Translations under genes and position numbers: made by a program
The notes under the pieces: generated by a model
Database searches by the model: none
Told to the model about the DNA's origin: nothing
The model's input: only the letters and a program-made list of their open reading frames with translations
Origin: a virus
Lineage: Duplodnaviria > Heunggongvirae > Uroviricota > Caudoviricetes
Strand: one strand, 5' to 3'
IMG/VR virus record: IMGVR_UViG_2671181094_000005
Length of the DNA: 11,029 nt
Shown here: positions 1-8,056 of the stretch, piece by piece
How the letters are laid out: each line of letters starts with the position of its first letter
Numbering within the stretch: the stretch's first letter is position 1

Positions 1-20
1 TACTGCCATATTCCCCCCAC

Positions 21-45
21 AAAAAAACCCGCCTGAACCGGCGGG
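21..45 (-). terminator. Rho-independent terminator downstream of lom
   Basis: On the minus strand: GC stem CCCGCC (28-33) pairing with GGCGGG (40-45), 6-nt loop, followed by a run of 7 U (plus-strand A-run 21-27). It starts about 27 nt after the lom stop codon (74-76). Confidence 0.6.
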
Positions 46-73
46 CTGTCATAACACTGTGTTACCTGGCTAA

Positions 74-673
74 TCAGAATTTATAACCGACACCCACGAT
101 GAAACCGTCAGTGCGCCAGTCACCACTGCCGGAACCTTCATAAGCAATATCAATGGCCACGGATTCGGTCGGGTTAAACTGCACGCCAGCCCCCCACGCC
201 AGAGACGTGTTGCTGTGGCGACCGTCATCACTTCCGGTCAGCACATCGTGCGTTTTCCCCTTGTTGTCAGTTACGCGGAGATAATCCCCGGAGAAAGTCG
301 ACACACGGCTGTAAGCCACACCCGCCATCGCATACGCGCTGAACCATTCATTCACGCGCACAGACGGCCCCGCCATCACGCTGAACCAGCGGTTACGCAC
401 GGAATCCTCATGCCAGCGGGTATCGCTGTAATGCGTTTTTTGCTCATCTTCAGCGTTGGCATAACTGAATGACGTAATCAGCCCCAGCGTGTCCGTAAAC
501 TCATAACGGTATTTCACGTTAATCCCGTTCAGATCATCACTACCGGGAACGTTCGTCGAGGCATGAAGATACCCTGCGCTCAGTGTGGCCTGCTGCTCAG
601 ACGCCCATGCAGGCGCACCGGATACGGCCAGACAGATGGCTGCGGACAAAATGGCTGCACAAACTTTACGCAT
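74..673 (-). CDS. lom: Lom outer membrane protein (Ail/Lom/PagC family beta-barrel), lambda Lom homolog
   Basis: 199-aa ORF, ATG at 673 preceded by GAGAGGTAA Shine-Dalgarno. N-terminal signal peptide (MRKVCAAILSAAICLAVSGAPAWA). Near-colinear with lambda Lom as recalled from memory (e.g. ...GINVKYRYEFTDTLG..., ...SVMAGPSVRVNEWFSAYAMAGVAYSRV..., C-terminal GFIVGVGYKF). Located immediately after J as in lambda. Confidence 0.9.
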   Translation of the reverse strand: MRKVCAAILSAAICLAVSGAPAWASEQQATLSAGYLHASTNVPGSDDLNGINVKYRYEFTDTLGLITSFSYANAEDEQKTHYSDTRWHEDSVRNRWFSVMAGPSVRVNEWFSAYAMAGVAYSRVSTFSGDYLRVTDNKGKTHDVLTGSDDGRHSNTSLAWGAGVQFNPTESVAIDIAYEGSGSGDWRTDGFIVGVGYKF

Positions 674-697
674 AATTACCTCTCGCTTTTCTGCAAT

Positions 698-721
698 AAA
701 AAAGGCGCCAGAAATGGCGCC
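698..721 (-). terminator. Intrinsic terminator-like hairpin between J and lom
   Basis: Palindromic stem GGCGCC (704-709) / GGCGCC (716-721) with 6-nt loop AGAAAT; on the minus strand it is followed by 6 U (plus A-run 698-703). Lies between the J stop (741-743) and the lom ribosome-binding site. Confidence 0.5.
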
Positions 722-740
722 CGCATATGGGTTATAAAAT

Positions 741-3185
741 TCAGCTGATACTGATACCTGCTGTGGATTTCTTCATCACCACAACCAGCAAATCACTGAT
801 ACTGGCTGTGGGATACCAGTCATTTACCAGCCACGCTGATACCGAAAACTCCAGCGTCATGTGACCGTGACCGGCAGGCATATCAATAACACCTGTATAA
901 ACCAGCGTATTATCCAGCGCGGTACGGTTATAAATTTCAGCACCGTTTTTCTTCACTATCAGGCGGCATGACGAATAAATATCGTTATTCTCCCGCTCAT
1001 GTTTAGCGTCACGAAACGCCACCGTGGGAATAACAATCTGCCGGTCAAACGGCTGATCGTCATAAACCCTGACGGTAATGGTCCCTGATGGCCACCGCTC
1101 CGGTGCACGGGAGTCCCGGGGGAAAGCTTTGCCCACTGTTTTAACGAGATCGCCTTCAATCTGGTTCGCAGACAGTTTTCCCAGAACCCGACAGTTTTCA
1201 TTTATCGTGACATTGTTGAGCGTCCCGGCGTTCGCATTCACACTGCCACTGATATCCGCATTTTTCGCCGTCAGTCGCCCGTCCGGTGTAAGGGAAAATG
1301 CAGGAGGATTACCGCCGCTGGTAATGGTGGGAGCCGTCAGGCGTTTCAGGAACACGTCGTTCATGAATATCTGATCACCCTGACCAACAAACATCGGCTT
1401 TGTGTTGCCATTCGCAGGATTAATCATCGCAATCCTGTCTGCCGCCAGCAGCACCTGACTCTGCATTCCTGCTGGCGTATTCTCAATACCGGCACCGATA
1501 CCCGCAATATAAAGGCGTCCGTCCTGCATCTGCTGCAGTTTCACGGCCCACATGCTGTTCAGGTTATTATTTGTATCAACCTGAACCTTCTGTATCTGCT
1601 GGATCGCTGCACTCTGGTCTTCCAGTTTCTTATTGACGGTCTGTGTGATTTCATTGCTGACATCCGTAATGGATGTCCTGATTTCAGCCAGGTCAGGCGC
1701 AAGCTGACCGTTATCAATCTGCGTCCACAGCTCCTGAGCCAGATGGGTTTTCCCTATCTCGCCTTTGAAAAAATCCAGATAGCCGGATGCGTCATCACTC
1801 GGCTGACCAACAGCCTCCACGAATGCCGATTTGCCAACGGTGTTCACACTGCGGATATAAAAGTAATAATCATGGCCCGGTTTGATATTGATACTGGCGG
1901 CTATCCAGTACAGCCCCGCACCAAGGTAGCGGGCTGTGGTTTCAACCTGCCTGATATCGGTAATCCGCGTTTCCGAGAACCAGAACTCAAACTGTACCGT
2001 CGGATCATAAACCGCAAGATGCGGCGTGGCAGTTATCTGAAAATAGCCCGGCGTCAGCTCAATCCGCGACGGTGCTACCGGTGCGGCAATCCGGAACGAT
2101 ACCGACGCCGGATCGCCCTGCTGTCCCCACGCATTTACCGCCCGGACTGTCAGCGTGTACCGTCCCAGCGCCAGTTGCGTGAAGCGGTATGTGGTTTCTG
2201 TCGTCCGGGCCGTGCTGACCAGCCGCTCACTGCCGTCGTCCGCTGCCACGGTCAGGCGAAGCATAAAGCTCACCCCCTTCACCACCTTCGGCGTGTCCCA
2301 GCGGGCCAGTACCTGATACTCCCCGCTGTCTGCGGTGACTTCGGCAGTCAGGTGCTGCACCGCTGGCGGCGTGACACCATTCACCGTGCCGCTCTGGTCG
2401 CCGTCAAAGTGCGCCCCGTTATCCACGATGGCCTCTTTTTCCGGCACATGCTGCACGGCGGTGATGGCATACGTGCCGTCGTCGTTCTCACGGATACTCA
2501 CGCAGCGGAACAGTCGCTGGCGCAGCGTCGGCAGCTTCAGCCCCCATACGCTGTATTCAGCAACACCGTCAGGAACACGGCTCACTTTTACCTTCACGCC
2601 GTCGGTGACGGACTGAACCTCCACGCTGACCGGACTCCCCTGCCCGTCAACCAGGCTTATCAGCGTGGTGCCGGAAGATGGCAGCGTGATTTCACGGTCG
2701 AGCGTCAGCGTCCGGGTCTGGCTGTTTACCGCCAGCACGCGCCCGCCGGTGCTGATACCGGCATAGTCATCATCGCAGATTTCAATGACATCGCCCGGTA
2801 CATGGCGAAGCCCTTCAGCACCCACGCTGAAATCCACGGTCTGCGTCTCCAGCAGTTCCGTTTTAATCAGCCACAGCCCGGCGCGGTGTGCCTGCCCCCG
2901 GCTGGTACAGCCAAAGGCATCCATCTTCGTGACATTACGACCGTAACGGGCAATGGCCTGCGTATCTTCAACAAGCTCTGTCGCCGTCTCCCAGCCGTTG
3001 TTCGGGTCAATCCAGTTCACCTCAACGGCATTATGGCGGTCCTTCAGGGCGCTGAAGCTGTAGCGGAACGGCGCGCCATCATCCGGCATCACCACATTAC
3101 TGCGGTTATAGGTCCACACCTTATCTGATGGTCGGTCCTGCACGAACGTCAGCGTCTGCCCGTTCCATACCGGCATACAGCGCAT
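741..3185 (-). pseudogene. J: Tail tip / host specificity protein J, N-terminally truncated (C-terminal ~815 codons only)
   Basis: Long minus-strand ORF whose translation from [22 protein letters not shown] onward is colinear with roughly residues 318-1132 of lambda gpJ (recalled from memory, identity not computed), including the fibronectin-III-like central region; the last ~130 residues diverge. Upstream of codon MRCMP the same frame hits a stop (3225-3227) and the preceding sequence is terminase-derived in another frame, so the J N-terminal third is absent. The ATG at 3212 in the ORF track is fortuitous. Confidence 0.8.
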
Positions 3186-3186
3186 C

Positions 3187-3519
3187 ACTGGCTTTAAAGG
3201 GATCCGGTTCATTACGGTAGCCGGTCATGGCATCCATGGCTGGCTGAAAATATTCACCGCAGTGCGGACATGGCCAGTACCAGCGGCGGCGGTCACCACG
3301 ATTGTAAAGGGAAAGAATACCAGTCGTCGGTGGCGCTTCATGAGGCGACTTACGTCGCCATTTGCTGTCGCAGATGTCACGTCCCGGCGAGCTCTCCACC
3401 AGAGTCATCCCGGCGGACATAAATGTGGTGGTACGTTTTGAGGCCTGGGAGAAACCATCACCCTCGCTGTCGATATTCTCCGGAAAACGGTCGTAATCGG
3501 TTAAGGCGACAAACCGGTA
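3187..3519 (-). pseudogene. Terminase large subunit (lambda gpA-like) internal fragment
   Basis: Translation ...YRFVALTDYDRFPENIDSEGDGFSQASKR...WYWPCPHCGEYFQP... resembles the middle of lambda gpA (DDDIEQEGSPTFLGDKR ... HVACPHCGEEQYLKFGD, zinc-finger-like CPHCGE motif), recalled from memory. No proper start codon; frame differs from the upstream Nu1-like fragment and the downstream J fragment. The 99-aa track ORF 3121..3420 is the tail of this frame running into J-derived DNA. Confidence 0.55.
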
Positions 3520-3665
3520 ACGGGGTTCCCCCTGACAGTCGCAGCCACAGGAGTGTTGGCCGCGAGGAGCCGTTTTTTTACTGTGTCCCGGTGAAGCCCA
3601 AAGGCCTCGGCGATTTTAAAAACACTCCAGTAATAAGCATCACCGATCCCGCTCACATTTGACAT
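3501..3665 (-). pseudogene. Terminase small subunit (Nu1-like) N-terminal fragment, 54 codons
   Basis: ATG at 3665 with GGAG 6 nt upstream; translation MSNVSGIGDAYYWSVFKIAEAFGLHRDTVKKRLLAANTPVAATVRGNPVTGLSP* has an N-terminal helix-turn-helix-like segment positioned like that of lambda Nu1, and lies about 198 bp downstream of a cosN-like sequence. Full-length Nu1 is about 180 aa, so this is truncated. Hand-translated; not in the supplied ORF track (below its length cutoff). Confidence 0.5.
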
Positions 3666-3875
3666 AAGCAACTCCATCTGGCAGGTGAAAATCAGGTTTA
3701 TTTATATATTTCAATTAATTGCAAACTAGTCTAATGACAGGGAGAAAAAAATATTGTACAGCTGAAAAGAGAAATAACTTTTTAATTATCAATAAATTAC
3801 CAAACATGCTGCCGCCGCCATGGAAATGCAAAAACTAGCCTTTTTCCGCGACGCTCCCGCCCCGTGGCAGGGACC
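3666..3875 (-). other. Candidate cos site (cosN-like core plus AT-rich cosB-like region) upstream of the Nu1-like fragment
   Basis: Minus-strand sequence GGGCGGGAGCGTCGCGG (plus 3846-3862) resembles the lambda cohesive-end region GGGCGGCGACCTCGCGG (13 of 17 by eye). It is followed by AT-rich DNA and sits about 198 bp upstream of the Nu1-like start, versus about 190 bp in lambda. Similarity is partial and judged from memory. Confidence 0.35.
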
Positions 3876-4228
3876 CCCACTGGGAGGACCCGACAGCCTG
3901 ACAACCGTGACGAGCATCTGAAACAGAGCTTTACATAATGGCATGGGGATAATTCAGAAGGACATCACAGCATGCCCACACAAATTAGTGTGAGTGTCCT
4001 GTTTCTTACTACGCGCAGGACTGACGAGCATGAGGGGAAAATACGAGAACCGAAATGCCTTATCTTCAGAAATGCAGCCGGCATCCGAACTGGACGATAT
4101 TGTAAATTCACCTAAATACGAGGCATTGCTGTAGTTGAATTGCATTGCTGTATTAGCCTGACAGTGACAGAATACGATATTGACTCTGTCACTTGTGAAA
4201 TGGTCAGAATGGTTAGCAGTTATGGTGA

Positions 4229-4435
4229 TCAGTCAACCACCAGGGAATAATCCTTCGTATTCTTATCGTGCTTTACTAACGCGGCCTCAATTGCCCTGAA
4301 TGCTTCCAGAGACACTTGATGTTCTATACATGCAATTACAACATCCGGGTAACCCATCGAAATGGTGCTATTAAGCATAGTTTTTACACGAACCTGCTCC
4401 TGGGAGGGGGCATCAGTGTATTGATCTTTATGCAT
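4229..4435 (-). CDS. Hypothetical small prophage protein (68 aa)
   Basis: ORF with ATG at 4435 and GGAG about 7 nt upstream; AT-rich moron region between cos and the GnsB-like gene. No family recognised with confidence. Confidence 0.45.
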   Translation of the reverse strand: MHKDQYTDAPSQEQVRVKTMLNSTISMGYPDVVIACIEHQVSLEAFRAIEAALVKHDKNTKDYSLVVD

Positions 4436-4728
4436 TTTGTCGCTCCATGCGTTTGCTCTTCACTTACGGCTAAAAATATAACGTCAAATCACTCAGCATG
4501 AAAGAGTTAAAGATTCAGCGCGTTTCCCTTACATAATCTGTCGTTTGTATTCTCTTCAGGCATACCGGAAAGACTAGGTATTGTCACACAACCAATACCA
4601 TCGACAATCGAGATTTATACCTATTCGGTAATGTTTAAATATAACAAAACCCCGTAAAAACGAGGTTTATGGGTAATTTGTATTGTTGAATAGCATCTGA
4701 TGAGAAATTGATGCTAATACTAAACAGA

Positions 4729-4902
4729 CTAGATTAAATCAATCTTGATATCATAGCTTTCAAGACCAGTCATTTTTTCCCGTGCAGTAAACTGGATACT
4801 GGTAACTTCTTTCCCGGTCTTTTTCTTAAGCTCAATGATTTTTTTTGTTATATATTCAGAAATATCTGCTTCTATTTTTGTTTTTAACTCTTCAATGTTC
4901 AT
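4729..4902 (-). CDS. GnsA/GnsB family protein (57 aa), diverged GnsB-like paralog
   Basis: Translation from the second ATG (4902): MNIEELKTKIEADISEYITKKIIELKKKTGKEVTSIQFTAREKMTGLESYDIKIDLI, colinear with E. coli GnsA/GnsB (MNIEELKKQAETEIADFIAQKIAELNKNTGKEVSEIRFTAREKMTGLESYDVKIKIM, from memory). AGAGGA Shine-Dalgarno upstream; the ORF-track start at 4995 is an upstream in-frame extension. Confidence 0.7.
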   Translation of the reverse strand: MNIEELKTKIEADISEYITKKIIELKKKTGKEVTSIQFTAREKMTGLESYDIKIDLI

Positions 4903-5074
4903 CATTTCCTCTTTTAGTCTGTTATGACTTTCCTGGTACACAGTAGTGTCAATTATATGGAGCAAACGTATAAAAGATAAGATGAAACATCGCAATAATC
5001 AACATACGACGGTCTAAATTTCACACAAACAGATAAAGATGATTATCATTTATTATCAATGCATTAGAATCAAA

Positions 5075-5266
5075 TCAATTCAAGAGTCTCATTGCTGCTT
5101 CCAGAATTTCTTCTGAAGTTACATGTCGATCCGCTGCTACATAAATGACTTTATGATCTCCGGTCAGAGATGGAAACCCTGCAGCCATTACAGTGAGGTG
5201 TGTTGTTTCGCCATTTGGATATTCACGCATGATGGTGTTAACTCCGGTCATCACTGGCACTACCAT
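5075..5266 (-). CDS. Hypothetical small protein (63 aa) between cspI and the GnsB-like gene; possibly a YnfN/YmcE-position gene
   Basis: ORF with ATG at 5266 but no clear Shine-Dalgarno. Its position between a csp gene and a gns gene mirrors the cspG-ymcE-gnsA and cspI-ynfN-gnsB arrangements recalled for E. coli K-12. The call is positional only; the sequence is not recognised. Confidence 0.3.
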   Translation of the reverse strand: MVVPVMTGVNTIMREYPNGETTHLTVMAAGFPSLTGDHKVIYVAADRHVTSEEILEAAMRLLN

Positions 5267-5348
5267 TGCTGGTTCAGAGTTAAAAAAACTATTATTTTTT
5301 TCATAATGTTACCGTAATATGTGAGTATCCATCGACTAGACACTAAGC

Positions 5349-5369
5349 AAAAAAGCTCCCGAAGGAGCC
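5349..5369 (-). terminator. Rho-independent terminator (UUCG tetraloop hairpin plus U6)
   Basis: Minus strand reads AGGCTCC-TTCG-GGAGC-TTTTTT: 5-bp GC stem, UUCG tetraloop, six U. About 200 nt downstream of the cspI stop and about 80 nt upstream of the 63-aa ORF. Confidence 0.5.
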
Positions 5370-5575
5370 TTCATTTTCACTTTCTTAAATCTAACGATAG
5401 ACGGCTAACATTTAAGTATTGTGAAATATTATCAAATGTAATCATCATTGATTTACAAAAGATACATTTTGCCCCGAAAGGATTCCTGTCAGAAACATCA
5501 AAAGATGATGTTCTATACTGAGAACCATGGCAACACGGGCATCTAAAGTGAATATGGTTTGTAATATTTTCTACC

Positions 5576-5788
5576 TCAAAGTGCCACAACATGAACAGCC
5601 GCGGGGCCTTTAGGTCCGTTCTCAATACCAAATTCGACTTCCTGATTCTCAGTTAACGTTTTGAAATCGTTGCTCTGAATAGCTGAGAAATGGACAAACA
5701 CATCTTTGCTACCATCTTTCGGCGTGATGAAACCAAAACCTTTTTCAGGGTTAAACCATTTCACTAAACCAGTCATTGTGTTAGACAT
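5576..5788 (-). CDS. cspI: Cold shock protein, CspA family (CspI-like)
   Basis: 70-aa product [70 protein letters not shown] matches recalled CspI almost exactly, with RNP1 (KGFGFI) and RNP2 (VFVHF) motifs. AAAGGTAATA sequence ahead of the start as in cspA. Alternative ATG one codon upstream at 5791. Confidence 0.85.
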   Translation of the reverse strand: MSNTMTGLVKWFNPEKGFGFITPKDGSKDVFVHFSAIQSNDFKTLTENQEVEFGIENGPKGPAAVHVVAL

Positions 5789-5938
5789 CATTATTACCTT
5801 TTGAAGAAGTTAGCCCTTGGGCAGAATGGTCCGAAAAAAAATATCAGAGAGAAAAACCAACAAGGAAATCTCAAGAGGTACAAATAATAAAATTATAACA
5901 ATGACTGCTTCAGATAATTTTGTAACAAACCAGAACAC

Positions 5939-5968
5939 CATTAACGCATGATTAACCAACCATAGCAA
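5939..5968 (-). promoter_or_regulatory. Candidate cspA-type promoter (-35 TTGCTA, -10 GTTAAT/TTAATG) preceding a ~145-nt 5' UTR with cold-box-like element
   Basis: Minus strand: TTGCTA (5963-5968), 17-18 nt spacer, then TTAATG (5939-5944), followed by GTGTTCTGGTTTGTTACAAA. This resembles the cspA promoter and cold box (TTGCAT ... CTTAATG CACATCAACGGTTTGACGTACAGA, from memory). The long UTR is typical of cold-shock genes. Confidence 0.4.
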
Positions 5969-6151
5969 GGATTACTTTTGTAAAGAAAAACACACGAATG
6001 AAACAATAGCTTTATTTATTAATAAAACGTGTCATTCTGTCTAATGACCTTTTATCTTACCCTTAAGATTTCAAGGATTTTGACTCATGGAAGAGTCCTT
6101 TTTATTTAAATTTCACATTCAGCGCTAAAAATAATCCGATTTAATATTAAT

Positions 6152-7179
<1,028 letters not shown>

Positions 7180-7292
7180 GGATATTTATCAGGATTTATC
7201 GGCTTCAAATCCCCGGATATGTTAAATCTTACCTCACCAGTGATGGGCACTGGCGGGAGGAGGATGTCAATCTGATAAACACAGAGGCGACT

Positions 7293-7553
7293 ATGGATTA
7301 CACAAATCTACCTAAACAAACTTTTGCTGATTTAATCGCACTCAGGCAAGCAGTCGTAGCTCTAATCAACTTGTTGCCGGAGAAGGAAAAGGAATTAGTT
7401 AAAGCGCTTCTTAACAGAACTGCCGCCGATTTTTCATCATATCCACTGACAGATGACCTTGCGGACCTTCCTGAATTAATTGCAGCGTCCGCCAATAAGC
7501 TTACTGAAGAGATTTACCCTCCTCAAAAATCTTCACAAAATTCCTGCGAGTAA
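7293..7553 (+). CDS. Hypothetical small acidic protein (86 aa) on the opposite strand inside the lysis cassette
   Basis: ATG at 7293 preceded by ACAGAGG Shine-Dalgarno at 5-nt spacing; stop at 7551-7553 followed about 20 nt later by a hairpin plus T8. Predicted helical, net acidic. Uses several rare codons (CTA, AGG, AGA) and overlaps the 3' end of the convergent DUF1327 ORF by 53 bp, so coding status is uncertain. Confidence 0.4.
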   Translation: MDYTNLPKQTFADLIALRQAVVALINLLPEKEKELVKALLNRTAADFSSYPLTDDLADLPELIAASANKLTEEIYPPQKSSQNSCE

Positions 7554-8052
7554 CTTCAATGCAATAATCGTAAAACGCCGCAAACTGCTCATCGCGGCGT
7601 TTTTTTTCATCTTCAGAAGGAATCAGCACCGACAATTTTTTATTCAGATCAGCGACGCTGCCCTCCAGTTTTTCAATGGGCGATTCAATATCATCTTTTT
7701 CTGACCGCAATGCCGTCGGTGGCGTCTTCAGAGAACCAGTAATTCTTCCCGGTAGCTTTCCTTTGTAGGTTATCCACACATTCTGCGCCTCTAAAATTAT
7801 GGGGCGCTTTTCCGGCGACTGCTCATCCCCTTCACATAACCCGGCAGCAACATCCAGGAAGACCTGTCTGATGCTCCTTCTGGCTGCTGCCTCATAAAAC
7901 TCCAGCGCGGCACCTTCAACACGGTCCAGCGAGATGTCCAGGTCAAAAATTTCACCGTCAAAGTGTTTTTTGTCCCGTAAGGCTACAGTTACCGCCACTT
8001 TATTCTCAAAATTGCGAACTCCTTTCACAACCAGTTCATAGTCTTGAGTCAT
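7501..8052 (-). CDS. DUF1327 (YdfR-like) lysis-cassette protein, apparently with a C-terminal extension (183 aa)
   Basis: ATG at 8052, 4 nt after the holin stop. The N-terminal ~70 residues (MTQDYELVVKGVRNFENKV...EGAALEFYEAAARRS.RQVF) resemble E. coli YdfR as recalled; the remaining ~110 residues are not recognised. The ORF-track start at 8073 overlaps the holin and is less likely. Confidence 0.6.
   Translation of the reverse strand: MTQDYELVVKGVRNFENKVAVTVALRDKKHFDGEIFDLDISLDRVEGAALEFYEAAARRSIRQVFLDVAAGLCEGDEQSPEKRPIILEAQNVWITYKGKLPGRITGSLKTPPTALRSEKDDIESPIEKLEGSVADLNKKLSVLIPSEDEKKRRDEQFAAFYDYCIEVTRRNFVKIFEEGKSLQ
7575..7607 (+). terminator. Rho-independent terminator-like hairpin after the plus-strand small ORF
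   Basis: Stem ACGCCGC (7575-7581) / GCGGCGT (7594-7600), 12-nt loop, then 8 T (7600-7607). Lies inside the coding sequence of the minus-strand DUF1327 ORF; on the minus strand only 4 U follow the stem. Confidence 0.4.
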
Positions 8053-8056
8053 TGGA

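Noticed and set aside
215-748. Plus-strand ORFs 215..472 and 563..748
   Set aside because: Antisense to lom and to the J-lom junction; His/Arg-rich, no ribosome-binding site, no homology recognised.
959-2616. Internal ORFs 959..1201 (-), 1078..1374 (+) and 2335..2616 (+) within J
   Set aside because: Alternative-frame or antisense ORFs inside the conserved J reading frame.
1743-3128. 461-aa plus-strand ORF
   Set aside because: Lies entirely antisense to the J coding sequence, which has clear homology; Arg/Pro/Gly-rich composition typical of an antisense frame in GC-rich coding DNA.
3423-3662. 79-aa plus-strand ORF
   Set aside because: Antisense to the Nu1-like and gpA-like fragments; Arg-rich low-complexity translation.
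3954-4145. 63-aa minus-strand ORF in the region upstream of cos
   Set aside because: No ribosome-binding site, Ser/Cys-rich odd composition, in a mixed-composition noncoding-looking stretch; the 7-bp inverted repeat nearby (GTGACAG...CTGTCAC, about 4158-4190) lacks a U-run and was not called as a terminator.
4316-4501. 61-aa plus-strand ORF
   Set aside because: Overlaps antisense with the better-supported 68-aa minus-strand ORF that has a Shine-Dalgarno.
5123-5631. ORFs 5123..5317 (+), 5321..5521 (+) and 5377..5631 (-)
   Set aside because: Overlap the 63-aa ORF, the UUCG terminator or the cspI 3' end; Cys/His-rich or low-complexity translations in AT-rich DNA with no ribosome-binding sites.
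7201-7216. tRNA T-loop-like motif GGCTTCAAATCCCCGG
   Set aside because: Flanking bases do not form the required T-stem on either strand and no acceptor or anticodon arm can be built; no tRNA gene called.
7298-7704. ORFs 7298..7495 (-) and 7480..7704 (+)
   Set aside because: Alternative frames overlapping the 86-aa plus-strand ORF and the DUF1327 ORF; weaker translation-initiation context than either.
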